DNA of 61,428 nt, the filler included, from Sphacelaria rigidula (taxonomy: Eukaryota): NCBI GenBank assembly GCA_964200075.2. It is 9 parts of 9 records of this genome, joined end to end, with 100 filler letters (N's around TTAATTAATTAA, not from the genome) between each part and the next. Parts side by side here need not be neighbours in the genome. Positions count along the whole stretch, not along the records: positions 1 to 6,737 come from CAXNAA020018336.1; positions 6,838 to 13,574 come from CAXNAA020018337.1; 7 more parts are not named here. One strand, given 5' to 3'. The position numbers and the translations under genes were made by a program. The number at the start of each line of letters is the position of its first letter. Within the stretch, counting starts at the first letter, position 1. Below are positions 1 to 12,740 of the stretch, in pieces. The notes under the pieces were generated by a model. The model was not told where the DNA came from. It ran no database searches and saw only the letters and a program-made list of their open reading frames with translations.

Positions 1-85
1 GCGTGCTCCGTCCCGGCTTTGTAGGGATGTGAGATCAATGGTCTTTTGACTACTTTATGCATGATCATGAGTACACCCACCCCCT
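1..85 (+). mobile_element. 3' end of a 5'-truncated non-LTR retrotransposon (LINE), subfamily B
   Basis: Shares the terminus ...GGGATGTGAGATCAATGGTC...CATGATCATGAGTAC followed by a C-rich run with about 10 other copies in the window. Confidence 0.7.
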
Positions 86-122
86 GTCCTGGCCCCCCAT
101 TCCCTCATCCTCTCCATCCTAG

Positions 123-631
123 GCGGATCCACCGGACCCTCGCCGAAGCCCGAGCCCGCCCCTGCACCCACCACTCCCGAACCAGGACCGGAAGCGCCCG
201 AGCCCACGGCAGAACCATCGGAGATGGAGTACCCGCCTTCCTACTCGTCCGGAACTGAAAGCTACCCTCCTTCTTACGAGTCGATGGAGGACGAGCCGAT
301 GGAAGATGAGTCGACGGAAGACGAGTCGATGGAGGACGACTCGAGAACAACCGACGCGGAACCGACCGAACCCGAATCAACCACTACTTCATCGTCTGAG
401 ACTGCGCGGAGGACCGAGAGGAAATCTGAGAGGAAGTGGGAAGCAAAGTCGGAGACGGACACTGACGAAGTGCGTGTCGAGCCTTTCAGTGAAGAGGTCG
501 ATGGCGGTTGCTCCGCGGTTTGGACACAGTGTGGTGGGACGGAGTGGGATGGGCCCACTTGTTGCGATGACGGTGCGGAATGCGTCGGCAGGGACGATTA
601 CTTTGCTCAGTGCATCCCCGCTAGTCCGTAG
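123..631 (+). CDS. Terminal exon: Pro/Thr/Ser/acidic linker plus C-terminal CBM1 (fungal-type cellulose-binding) module; catalytic domain is off-contig
   Basis: Polypyrimidine tract and TAG acceptor ending at 122; open frame GSTGPSPKPEPAPAPTTPEP...; CBM1 signature CSAVWTQCGGTEWDGPTCCDDGAECVGRDDYFAQC; TAG stop at 629-631. Confidence 0.85.
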
Positions 632-1616
632 ACAGCAGGAACCGCTGAGTTTGTTGCTCAGCGTTTAGTGTTTTTCGATTGGCCCCAAGTACGGAAACGC
701 GTTACGAAAACGCGCTGTTGGGGGTTGTGCATGTTTTCGTGCTCCGAAATTTTTGCCGTGTTATGATGCTGGTGTCTTATCTTGGCGCGAAATGTTAGTA
801 AATCATTTTCTGGCTTCTTGGTTTGGGGCGTGTGGAGTGTGGGTCTAGAAGTGAAGTGCTGGTTTACCCCGTTGTTTGCGCGAAACTTCGCCACAATCAA
901 CGAGGGCGATGCATGATGATGTGCAAACATCTCAACGTGGTCCGGTGGGTGCTGTGTCCACGATGTGTGCTGTGGTTCTCTCGTGTTCATTCATGTGACG
1001 GCTGTGTGGTGGTGCCGTGCTGCATGTTTAGGCTGAAGGTGTATTGCGTGATGGCTGATCACTGTCATGCTTGATCACGGCAACCGTGTTGCTGTATGTC
1101 TTTTTGCGCGTTACCTGCACGTTGTCAGAGGACCATGCCCAATACGGTGAAGAGTACGTTTTGTTTTCTGTCATGGATGCGTGGTGGTGTAAGTGTCATT
1201 CGAGGGGGTTGGTGTAGACAAGGGTGGATACTGTATGGTCACTTGATATTGGTGGGTCGTCGGTTGCATATTTATGATAGTGCTGTCCTCTATATATTGC
1301 AAAGGGTGTGGTGTTGACTTTGTCCATAGGTTTATCCCATATGGTGCGGTACTCATAACGCCATCGGGTGAAGAGTCGCGTCTCTCACGCTCTGTCGCCA
1401 TGATGTGTGGTTAGGAAGCTGGTCGGGGGCGGGGGTGGTGGTGTTGGTTGTGTGTTGTGTGATTTTAGCTCATTTCCCCCCCCTTTACTCGATATTTTGC
1501 TGATATCGTGTCGTGTGGTGACGTTTTTCTCAAGCAAATGGAATGTTGCCTTTTCCCGTCGAGGTTTAACAACTTGACGCTTAAGTTGGTGGGAAGATTT
1601 CCGAGGATATGGGTGC

Positions 1617-1837
1617 GACACTTTCCACGGTAGCCCCCCCCAAAACCAACTGCAAGTGTCACGAAAAAAATGGCCATACAGCGCTTCATGTTCGGGTTCA
1701 GGCTGCATGAAGCGCCTCATATCGGCGGCATTGGCTAGAACGAACCCATATCNNNNNNNNNNCCCATTTCGATTTACGGGAAGATTTTGCCTCCCAAAAC
1801 CATGCACTTCTGGGGGGGGGCTATCGTAGAAAGTGTC
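1617..1837. mobile_element. MITE family A (contains an internal N gap)
   Basis: TIRs GACACTTTCCACGGTAGCCCCCCC / GGGGGGGCTATCGTAGAAAGTGTC; perfect 4-bp TSD GTGC at 1613-1616 and 1838-1841; homologous to 17818-18328. Confidence 0.85.
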
Positions 1838-2301
1838 GTGCGGTGGTCGTCATGATGTTCACAAAATATCAGGTCAAAAGAGAGTTTCGGAAAACGCTTT
1901 TTTGCCATTTCGGAGTGCAAGTGTCTCAGGATCAGAGTGAAGAATAAAAAATTGCACCTTATCGAAAAGTATTCAAGAGGATATACACCATTTGACGGGG
2001 GGACAATCGTTTTTCGTTTCAGTCTGATCCTGAGATATTTGCTCTCTAAAAAGACAAAAAGCATTTTCCGAAACTCTCTAATGTGGGTTTTCACCTCGCG
2101 TTGTGTCCTGTTGTATCTGGTGAAATATGTACGGATTCTTGCGTGCCATAAAGTGTCGTCAGGTTCGCGTTTTGCTATAGTGTTAAAAAGTATGGCTGTG
2201 GCTTGTGTACAATACACAATGTTCGGCTGTCGAGTTGACAGGAACAATCGGTTCAACACGTGAACCTAGCTCTGACAATAGAGCTCACAGAGGCTGCACA
2301 G

Positions 2302-2642
2302 TGTTGTTTGAACACTTGCTTGTGCAATGAAAGAAGAAACGATATGCCCTTCACTTGGCCGAATAAACAGATCTCAACAAAACATCTCGTACTATGAACA
2401 GTACGCCATGAACTATATGGCCCATGAACTCTACACCCACAAACTCTTGATACTATAGACTCTTCGAGTCAAGCTCTTCACTCTTCTGATATTGACATTT
2501 CGGCCTGTCCATTCCTCTACCCTACGGTTAAACCTGTTCGTACCGTCTGTTCTACTTTCTACTTACATTGCTGTTAATAATGCTGAACCTTAACTTATTC
2601 TACCGTTAAACTTGTATACAGAAATGAAATTTCTTTTCAACG
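2302..2642 (-). repeat. Putative 3' LTR of the Copia element
   Basis: Minus strand: PPT-like AGGGGGCG (2643-2650), then CGTTG (one change from TGTTG) ... CAACA ending at 2302. Confidence 0.55.
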
Positions 2643-5600
2643 CGCCCCCTGAAAACTATTTTTATATCTTCACCAAAACCAAGCATGGCTGTACAGGAAT
2701 ACACGCAAACAGATGATGAAACTCTTCTGCGGGAAAAAAAAATGTCTCGCAGACATGTATCTACACACGTATTTATGTTACCACGAAGTTACTACATTTG
2801 GATCTCTATGATATACGCATGGTTGTACAAAATATAGGTGGAGTATTCAATCTTTGTGTTTACCTTATACCCTGTAGCTGCATGAATACATCTCGATGAA
2901 ATAAAATTAAATTCATCGCAATTTTCATTATACCACGCTTTACATAAAAAGCTGAAGACTTTTGAATATAGAACAAAAAATATATCACCATTTTGGTAGA
3001 GTGCTCGAAGACTTACATGAAAAATAAAAATTGAAGGATACATTTTGGTATCCATAACCCCTGTTCTTTTCAGATCATGTACTATCTGTCTTCTCCGATG
3101 CACCGACTGTCCAGGTACTCATTTTTTCTCTACTACATTATGACTTCTATCTCCCCAAAGGCTGCCACTCGCTCCTTGTTCTTATTTTGATGCCCCGATG
3201 TTTCTTGTCTGGTGACGATTCGAGCGTCGACGGTTACCAGAATGTCTCGTGATGCTGCGGTTGTTGTTGTAGCGGTCGTTGTTGCTTTCGTTGTTGATGA
3301 GTTGATCAATTATTCTTGATCTTGCATTCTTGATTTTCTTGCGATGTTGAAAGCGATGCTGGTTTCCTCTCCTCGCCAGTATCTGCTCCACTTGAAAAGT
3401 TATCTCCCAAAGTCCTCCACCCGTTGCAAGAGTCTTTGATGTACTATTTCTCGCAACATTTTGTGAGGATGTTTGCAAGTTGGTTTTCTGACTTCATATG
3501 ATTGATTATTATTTGATCTTTTCTTGTCATATATTTGATATTGAATATTTTTATAGCTAGGTGTTTACTACTACTGGTACTCTAGTGAGAATTTGATGAC
3601 AGATTTAGTGATCCTTGGGACTCTGAAAGAATAGTGAGTGTTCTCATTGATAACCAGCCAAGTTTACGTAGGAGATTTCATAAATATACAATAAATTTTC
3701 CACATGTGGCTAAGAATAGAAGTTCTGCTCCAGAAAGGTGGAGAAACCGCAATCCCCTGCAGGCTTGAAGGAGAGTGAGCTCATCCGTTAAGTAAGAATA
3801 ACATAGTTCTTGTAATCTCATTCTACCCTGTGAACCTGAGTTACCGTATTATGAAGAATCACCATACCCTGGTAGGTTCAAGTAATTTTCCGAGAAGCGG
3901 TAAGTGATAGGTAGATACGGTATTCCTTTCTAGTACCGAAATACACGCTCCACTGCAACTAAATGATGAGCATTTGGTTTACTCATATGGCGAGCTGCCT
4001 GAGTAGCACTATCAGTTATGTCGAATATGGTGCATTGTGCTAGGAAAATTAGACTACTCACCATTGCTTGGTATTGTTTCGTCTGTTTTGAATGTCAATG
4101 TTTTTTTTTCTGACCCTTGTGTATATGAATTCGTAATGCCTGGTGTATGTACTGTATTGCAGGATTCTATTTTGACCTTTTGTAGTAATTTCAGTACATA
4201 TTTATGCTGTGAAAGTTTCAGAAATCCTTCATCAGAACCTCTGATGACCTCCATAGATGAAAAGAGTGAAACAGATCCTAACTCTGATGTTGAATTTTTT
4301 TCCAAAGTATCTTGTCCATTCTGTAAAAGTTCGATGTTTGGTCCTGCAACTAGGATATCAACGAACAAAGTCATGACATAATGCTCTTGGTGTCCTCTTG
4401 TATAAACACACGGATCACTTGCAGTTGCTTTGAAACTCATGTTATGTAATTCAGTGTCAATTGTGAAATTCCGAACATAGGGACTTTGCCGAAGTCCGTA
4501 CAAAGCACGGCTAAGACGCATCACATGTGGTTTATCAGTATCTGGATTTGATGTTACGAATCCAGATATCTGTTTACTGAACACAGTTTCTCTCATTTTG
4601 CCGTTTAAAAATACAGTCTGTACATATAGAGTTATTATAGGCTAATGTTTAGCTGTTGTAGCTATTGCTAATATAATTATCTGACTCCCTAGTCTACAAA
4701 CAGGTGCGAAGGTACTTTTACTGTCAAATCCATGATTTTGTGCCCAACCTTGGACAACCAAACGTGCCTTGAATCTTACATCTGCTTTAACTTTCTTTGT
4801 ACAACCAACGCGTACCAATTATGTTGCTGCTTGGAGAAACCAAACTTGATGGAATAGTATCTGCCACTTTGTCGTCCGATATGCGTTGTAGTCCATCTAA
4901 CATGGCAACTTTCCACTTTGTCGCATATGGTGAAAATAACGTCTCTGTTTATATGTGGTTGGAACTTGAATGAACGCAGGTGATACTACATCTTCGATAC
5001 CTACTACTCCTATTTACTGGATAACACTATCAAGAATTATATTCGAGTGTTTGAAGTATTCAACAGAATTGATGACAAGTTTGCGCAAATCTCTGGCTTG
5101 GCGCGTGTTTGATGCTTGAGGTGTACCTTGATCGAGGCTACCTGCAGAACGAAGTTGCATAGGTGTAGTTCGCCCAGTAAATGAGTGCTTCCGTTGAGTA
5201 ATACCGTTGTATACATCGTCGTTGAAAAATACGTGTTTTTTCATGTTTATCGTTTGGAAGTTCGGAAATATCGTTTTTATCTTTATCTCCGTTTTCTCTC
5301 CCCCAAGCAACCTGTGTGTCATCGGAGATAATTATGGCTGCTTCTTGATGAAGGTAACATTTTTCGAATTAACAACACGACCAGTTTCTCGATTATATGT
5401 ACGGTATGTCGGATTATCAGACTCATAACCTATCAGCACAGCTCCTTATGTCTTTTGCTCTGTCATATTAATGTGACAACGCACGTGTACAAAAGTACGC
5501 GAGCAGATTGTGCGTAGAAATGATAAATTGGCATGTTTTCCGAACATTCGATGATGGGGAATCTTGAAATTAATGCCACTATGCGGTAGCCTATACGACA

Positions 5601-5870
5601 TTCGATATCCTTCTCTCCGAACTCCGAAGCCGATACGTCTCGCGAGTCATCCTACGATCGGGGGGAATGTATTTGATTGCCCGAAAAAAGATGCTCGAGA
5701 GGGTGTCAGACGACCTGCCACACTCGCAGTGCGCTTGTATTTGGTTCAAAACGGTGTCAATCGGTATGAATGAGCATCATTCATCTATACCAAGCTCGTT
5801 CGAGCAACCGTTTCTCCTTTCAACAACGATTTGATTTGGAATTTCGTGCAAGAAGTGGTCCAAAATACCC
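2302..5870 (-). mobile_element. Degenerate Ty1/Copia LTR retrotransposon (integrase C-terminal part, RT, RNase H, 3' LTR)
   Basis: Minus-strand motifs AVLIGYESDNPTYRTYNRETGRVVNSKNVTF (integrase C-term), RFKARLVVQGWAQ and LSRALYGLRQS...SDPCVY...LFVDILV (RT), SKHLAIK...ENQLANILTK (RNase H); many stops and frameshifts; upstream boundary approximate. Confidence 0.9.
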
Positions 5871-6390
5871 CACCCCCCCTATCGTAGGTTAACTCTCGCA
5901 CCGTCAAGACTTGCGCTAGTCTTGCAGAGCCATTTCCACATCTCTGGGCTACTGCCATCTTCCTGAGCTAGGAGCCGGGCAAAGGTCCTCATTAACTCAC
6001 GTAGCATTGTGTTTATTGTCAAGTTACCATCCAGAGGTCGAGTTTCGGTCCCCGACCACACATTCCTGCGAGTTAAGGTTTCCCCCCGAGAGCAGTGTTT
6101 GCATTGCCGTCTTCAGGTTACCTACTTGATTCTGCATCATTCACCATCTACATTCATTTCTATTAGTAGCAATCAAGCCAAATCTGAAGAGCATTTTTTG
6201 TCCTTGTGTTGGAAGGTCCTGGGTGCGAATGGGGCAAGCTTTACCTGTAGTCTGCAACTAGTCGGGGGCTGGCAGTGTTTTCCGTCGGCTGGACGTGGTG
6301 AAGAACAACACTGCGAACCGCGAATCACCCGCGGCCATCCTACACGAACACATGGGTTCAGCTTTTCATGGAACTTCGCAAGAGTAAAGC

Positions 6391-6737
6391 GTACTCATTA
6401 TTGCTTGCCTTAGTCGTTTGACCATTGATCACGTATCCCTTTCGGGACGAAGCACCGTTGCTACTCCTAATAGAGACACCTTCAACATTCCGGCGCTCAT
6501 CACGCTTCTTCAATACATCACCCAAAAACCTTGTACATATCTCCGTCCTGTTTTGCCGTCTGTGACCACCATCTATCGCCTAATATAGCCATCGTTTTCT
6601 CCCTACCGTCAAATGCATCAAATGATTTCATGCCACCTTCGTTCACGTCCCGAATTTCCTCCTCTAGCACTTACCGTTCCTCCTTGTATAGTTCACATTC
6701 TGCCACTATAAACAGCCAATCATCTATATTGAGGATG
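6391..6737 (-). mobile_element. LINE ORF2 C-terminus and 3' end, subfamily A (cut by contig end)
   Basis: Minus-strand IVAECELYKEERYVLEEEIRDVNEGGMKSFDALDGREKTMAILGDRWWSQTAKQ...GVSIRSSNGASSRKGYVINGQTTKAS runs directly into the shared GAGTAC terminus; resembles a post-zinc-knuckle ORF2 tail. Confidence 0.7.
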
Positions 6738-6837
6738 NNNNNNNNNNNNNNNNNNNNNNNNNNNNNNNNNNNNNNNNNNNNTTAATTAATTAANNNNNNN
6801 NNNNNNNNNNNNNNNNNNNNNNNNNNNNNNNNNNNNN
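6738..6837. other. Artificial contig spacer N44-TTAATTAATTAA-N44 (also 13575-13674, 20412-20511, 27249-27348, 34085-34184, 40921-41020, 47757-47856, 54593-54692)
   Basis: Identical 100-nt linker with stops in all six frames, separating contigs of 6737 or 6736 bp. Confidence 0.98.
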
Positions 6838-7235
6838 TGAGTTGCTTTATTCTGTGGTATCGCCACTTCCAGAGACAGCCACGGCTTTTACACTGCCTAA
6901 TGCCAAATATGGATGTGGGGGTGTAGTTATGATATTACATGCCGTAGTCTCATGACCATTGACCTCGCATCCCTACAAGACCGGGACGGAGCACGCCGGG
7001 TTTTCGTCGGACTAGGCTCGCAATCTACGATGTGTTCGGCGAGTCGCATGAGGGGTGGGCTGCATCCTGCCGAGATTATTCGGTCCGAAGCGTACATACT
7101 ATCTTGCACATGGATGTGAGGGTGTACTCGCGATCTCGCATGCCGTAGACAAGGACCATTGACCTCGCATCCCTGCAAAGCCGAGGCGGAGCGCGCTAGG
7201 ATTTCGCTGGATCCGGCTTGAAATCAATCACCATG
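6838..7235 (-). mobile_element. Head-to-tail fragments of the LINE subfamily B 3' end
   Basis: Three consecutive pieces match 52110-52410 and 33901-34084 (GACCATTGACCTCGCATCCCT, GGCGAGTCGCATGA, TGGTATCGCCACTTCCAGAGACAGCCACGG). Confidence 0.75.
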
Positions 7236-7768
7236 TGAGGGGGCGGGGGGGGGGGGAAGGGGGAAGCCAAAAACCAGCAATGAAAAACTTACTTCAGCGC
7301 TCCACAAGACGCCAGGATCGTGAGAAGGGGATGGGTAGAAGAAGGGAGACGGGGAGTGTACAGTGATTTGTTGTAAAAAAAGCATGTGACCAATGGGGCC
7401 CCAAGGAGATGGGTGCAGTAGTGCGTTGAGTTCTTGAATTCCGAGATTGTGTTGGGTAGGGAAAATATTCAGGTATTCACTCCCGAATTTCGGGTTGCGA
7501 TGGTCCGACCATCAAACTCTACTCAAATATTTAGTAGAGGTAGGTACGATCGTATCACGTACTCTATGCAATATCTGGCCAATGTTGGGTACGATCTTAC
7601 TACTATACCCAAATTTTTGGTGTTCAAGAAAGGTAACAACTTTTCATAAACCCCAAATGTAGGAAGCATTCCTCCTAACCAGAACACCCTCGATGATATC
7701 ATCATAATCATAGTCGGCCGGAATGGCTCCCGTACATGTACCTGCAAGTTATCTCTCTGCAATCGCAC

Positions 7769-7932
7769 CTTGCATCCCAGCTCTAGCAGACCGCAGGATA
7801 ACGCCTCGGAGTGCTTTTTAACGTCCGATCTCGTCCACTTGAGATTCCCCTTCTTGTAGCGCACCGCTTCTTTCATCGGGATCTCCGCCGTCACCTCGTC
7901 CAACTTCGCCGCTAGCCCGCCCATAAATCGAC
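7769..7932 (-). CDS. Internal exon, probably the N-terminal part of an AMP-binding / acyl-CoA-synthetase-like protein
   Basis: AG acceptor and GT donor flank RFMGGLAAKLDEVTAEIPMKEAVRYKKGNLKWTRSDVKKHSEALSCGLLELGCK, resembling the P.KEA...WT..E....LA.GL..LG pattern of ANL-family N-termini. Confidence 0.55.
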
Positions 7933-9116
7933 CTGTACATACGTAATCCCCCCCACCCCACATACACCCCACACCCGCGCAACCGCACCCAACCCCGGCG
8001 CGTTGCCGCCCGCCCGCCCGCCCGCACATGTGCACGTCAACATCGCAAGAACAGGATGGTAAAAAATAAACCGTCAAGAATACAAATATATTTACGACAT
8101 ATGGCATTATAGTAGGAACAAGTTAGCAGACTTGGACCACGGTTCCGCTCGGGCGGCTCCAACCAATCGAAAATACTGTCCTTCGAACGGATACTTCCCT
8201 AGCCTTCTCCCCTCAACCCCCATAGTTTTCACGTTCCATTTCCGCACTTGTATGCCCAGAATACGTACGTTTTTTCTCATGCTAGTATCTTCAGGCACAA
8301 CGAGGACGACTCTTGTCAAAATTGAAAATGACTCACTCTCCCTGAGCGACATTTTAGAGCTCCTTGTAAATCACCAAATGCGGACCAGAAACGTGCGCCA
8401 AGAGCTGCTGTGTTTCCCAAAATGTTGTCAAGAAGAACCTGGGAGAATATTCCACAGCATAAGTAGCAAGCGCATTCCTCTCTTTTTGAAAATGGGCACA
8501 ACCTACTCTGGTGAGAGGTGGGAGCGGATATGCAGCGTCGCTGCCGCAGCCCCATTCCTCGGCTTCTGGTGTAACTTCGGGCATATGTACTCGTACGTGT
8601 GTCGATTTATGCACGATACATTGAGGGTATTGTTGAGCATGTCTTCAACACTCGTTCTACTTGTCATGATTCAGTGGTATGCGGGTACCAGGGGCTCTAG
8701 ACACCGGGAAGTATGAACGTACCTGACAAAAAAAATACATGAGCAAATATATCAGGATGTTCACGACTTAGCTTGATAAATACCAGGTGCCAGATTCGCG
8801 GTAAGCCTCACTCAACTAAATACATATTCCACATAGCAACGCAGTATGTGTATTGGCCGAAAAAAAACTGATTCACTTGACGAACTGCAAAAGGTTGAGC
8901 TAACAGCAAGCCGCACGACTCACTTCGGCGTTTATGCTCGACATATGTGTCATACTCCAAAGCGTGTTGTGTACATATATGCCATAACCAAATCAACATT
9001 TCCGATGTATTGTCGTACTACAAAACCGTGGGGATGCTGTAACAGACGCGCGCACATGATCACACAGCGCACACACCTAGACGTAAACGCGAATATCGCA
9101 GACAATATCCTTTAAT

Positions 9117-10500
9117 ATGAGCAGCAGCAGCTGCTGCGATGAAGGAAGCGATGACATTTCAGAGATCGAAGGGCCCACAGCATCAGGCAGCGGTGCTATC
9201 CCCGTCGATCGCAGCAGTACGACGCCGGCAGAGAGCACTACATGCGAGCGCGAGCACTGCCTGAAAATGGCAGGTGTCAAAACCCTCCAGAGGTACACAT
9301 ATTCTGTGGAGGGAAGGGTACATTTAGAAGTGAACGCTGGGCAGGCTGCTGCACATCGCGGTGTGGTTGCTATACAAGTCGGCAGAGTGCCCGTCGTCAG
9401 CTGAAATTAACTCAGGCAGCAAGCAGGCGACTTCGAAATTGAGGCACAGGACCCATACATGGGGATAATTCTTTAGATAATTAAATTATTTGCGCGAATC
9501 GCGATTATGGCTGGGCATTCAAGATCGGTACCTGGCGAACACTGAGCACCCGTTTCAAATCAGCCGAAGAACTAAAACATGGGACGGTTCACTGTACTGC
9601 AGCACAAACACTCTCACTTCCGGTCTCATATATGCTGTAGCTATCACTGTCCTGTGCTGTGTCTAGACCTTGCGAAGACGGTTTGGTCTCCGCTGAGATT
9701 GCTTCAGGTGCTGTTTGGTTGCGTTCATCTCTCTGTAAAATATATAACAGTCCGGACGCAGTGCGGTATACACATTCGATTATTGAAAATATCATGTTAC
9801 TCGGACCCATCATTTGCGCGATACCGAAGATGGCTGGGACAAGACACACAACCAGCGCCGATACACACTGTTCAACCGGCTGGGCCAGACCCCGTGCTCC
9901 AATTAAAGGAGCAACGCACAGCACGGTGCGGATATACTGCATCGCCAGGGTACTGCTTGCATCCGTCACCACGGCGGCTGCTGTCGCTGGCATCGGCGCC
10001 AGCGCTCGCGGTCACGGGAAGACACGACCAGCCACAGCGAGATGGGGAGATACCAAGACACGAGCATCGCAATGACCCACTGTGGCGGCAATGTGCCGCT
10101 TGCTGTCTGCTTGTCTGCTTGCAGCGTCGTGTCGCTGCTGCTGTTCTATACGTCCAGGCGTACGCGTCAGGTGTGACTTGAGTCTGCGAGCCAATCACGA
10201 GCATTTTTCACTACATAATTCACTACAAAGGTCGCATTTCATTGGCGCTACTGTAGATTCCGCCGATTCCTCACCAAAGGGCCTCTTATTGGTTGAAATT
10301 CGTTTTACACTACAAAAATATATCCCCGTGTATGGGCGTTGTGCCGAAATTGATTCAGGATCTCCTCTGCGGCAAAGCTGAGCACCGAGAGGCGCACGAC
10401 ATCTAGAAGGTGGAGATGCTGCATCAAGTTCGAACTCATCTTGTTGCTGCAGTAGCTAATTTCAGCTGATGACCGGCAGTCTGCCGCGCCTTGCATAGCA
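9117..10500 (+). mobile_element. Possible heavily decayed pogo/Tigger-like transposase
   Basis: Weak, frameshifted motif resemblances only (RYTYSVEG as HTH-like; TTK-YIPV-MGVVPKL versus NTT..QP.D.G.I..FK); boundaries approximate. Confidence 0.25.
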
Positions 10501-11507
10501 TGCACACCGCGATATGCGGCAGCCTGCCCAGCGTGTACTTTTTCAAGTGCGTACAGTACAATGGGTGTGTTTCAAACCTCTGCTATTGGAGGGCAGATAT
10601 GATGGCCCGCACGAGGCAGCACGTTGATCAGCGGACCAGGCAGTTGTAGCGTCTTCTCCTCATTTACATGCATAGGATGGATCATGACTTTCGCTGTGCT
10701 GCGAGACTGGTCCCCTATAAGGTCGAGTAAGTGACGTACAAACAGATGCTCGCAGCACCGCGGTAACGCGAGCAGGGCGTGCTTATGTACCGTACTTTGT
10801 ACAGCGCTGCGATGCGCTGCTATACGCTCGTGAGTGAGGGCAAGGCGGCACACAGCACTCGGTTAATACGTTCGTGCTTCAGGCTTCATATACACATTGT
10901 TGCAACGGGCGAGCCGACTTAGCACAACAACAGCACCGTGGACCCAGCGTGCTATATATGTGCAGTACAAGATAAAAGCTCGGTGGGACAGGGAGGTGGT
11001 ATCTGAGGTATCGCACGTGCTTGTCTGCGGGAACAAATCTGAACAAAACAGCACAGAACTGTACTGTCGCTGACCGCAACATAGTACACAGACAGTACAC
11101 TAGATTGCAGTACAGTCAGTACAGTGCATTGCAGTCTCGGGGGTTCAGGCAAAAAGCTCAGATAGAGGATCCACAGAAGGTGACATCATGTGTTCTTCCA
11201 AATCCGCTTTGCGATCGTCCATCTGTGGAAAGCCTGAGAAGAGAGTACTGCAAACGTACACCCACCTGCCTGTCGAACTTCAGCAGACGCCGCCCACAAC
11301 AGATGCCTACAACTCGTCTGGCTGTGACCACGGCAAAATCGCGGGATATCTCATTCCGATTCCCGTCAAGAAAGCCCGGTGAAAGGTCGCGAGTGCTGTA
11401 CACACACCAAGACAGAATCGGATTGCGATAACGTTTTGCGGACATACTACACACCGACGCGCGTAACCCGTTGCCAACAAGGGCATCCACAATATCCAGG
11501 GGAGCAC

Positions 11508-12740
11508 TCAATACAAATCTTCGGTTGAATGCTGTTTGTCAGAGGTCGTCACGCCCAAGAGTCCGACAACATCAACAGTAGAGCAGGATCGGGGCGCGTT
11601 TTTTTGTGACAAATCATCATCGTCCGACCACTCTCGCAAATCACGGCGGTGAAATGTCTCATCATACATGACTGACAAAGGTTCCTCCCGCTGTAGATTG
11701 TGCAAGACGATACACTTGTCTACAATTTCTCGAATATATATATTCTGAATATCCTCCATGTATGACGCACTGTACAGTAGTAGTAGTTGTCCGCGGCTGT
11801 TGACTGCTGTGTCTCTTGGTGCTTCTTGTGAAAACTCTTGCTGCACAAGACAGCACTCTTGTGTACATGAGACAGGAGTGTGTAACGTACAGTACACTAC
11901 GTCGCTAACTAATACCTACCCTGAATAATCCGCGCTGCTGGTGCCGCCACCGCCACCGCCACTTGTGGCATCTTTGGAGCAACAGCCCCGCATTGTCGCA
12001 AGCACACGCGAGCGGTGGAGCTGGTCGCCCGAACTCCCGCCCGTCCAACAAGCGACTGCATTTTTCCTTTTGTGATTCAGATGGGATTAAAGCCAAGACA
12101 ACTCCCTAGTCCCTGCTTGATCAACATACGAAGGGGAGACGGGCGTGACAGCGGTAGTTTGAGGGAGAGCACGAGAATGGGCAATGAGGTGGGCCCGATG
12201 TTACGGAGGGTTGGCGGTTACCCTCCTGCTGAGCGCTAGCGTGATTCTAGCTCGTGTCGAAAATGCAGGACTTTGTCAACAGCGCCGCCTTCACTTATAT
12301 GTGACAATGTTTGCAAAAGGGACCTGTTCCTCTGTTCGCTTGCACGGTCATCAGCGCACAGCAGACATCACTACAGCTTTGAGTGCGAAACACACGAGCC
12401 CGTCGTAACAAAGTAAGGCATGCATGCACCAAGCGTCAGTGTATAAAGCTCGATCTTGGAAACGTTACTCTAATGATATCTCACACCAACCTCTTGAATA
12501 CAGATACCAAATTCACCGAGCGCACTGAACAATGACTCGCTCCGTCGACCCCCCTCTGATCTCTTCGAGGCAGTCGATCCATCACACAACCTGTACGCCG
12601 ATGCGCGTTGCTGTGCTCGATGTGACAGGGGCAGAAAATAGCGCACAATCTTTCGGACACTCGCATACGCATACCTTCGAACGTGGTTCGCTGCGAGGCC
12701 AGGGTGCGGCCTTTCGCTTCCCCTGAGAGTCGACACTGCA
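11508..12740 (-). mobile_element. Possible decayed PIF/Harbinger transposase
   Basis: IREIVDKCIVLHN resembles the Harbinger C-terminal I..C.ILHN motif, preceded by FSQEAPR (compare F...QE..RK); fragmented. Confidence 0.3.

Noticed and set aside
6782..6793. Recurrent palindrome TTAATTAATTAA as a biological motif
   Set aside because: Synthetic all-frame stop linker embedded in N runs
8107..8716. Retroelement integrase-like remnant (PRFFLTTFW)
   Set aside because: A single weak motif with no supporting neighbours
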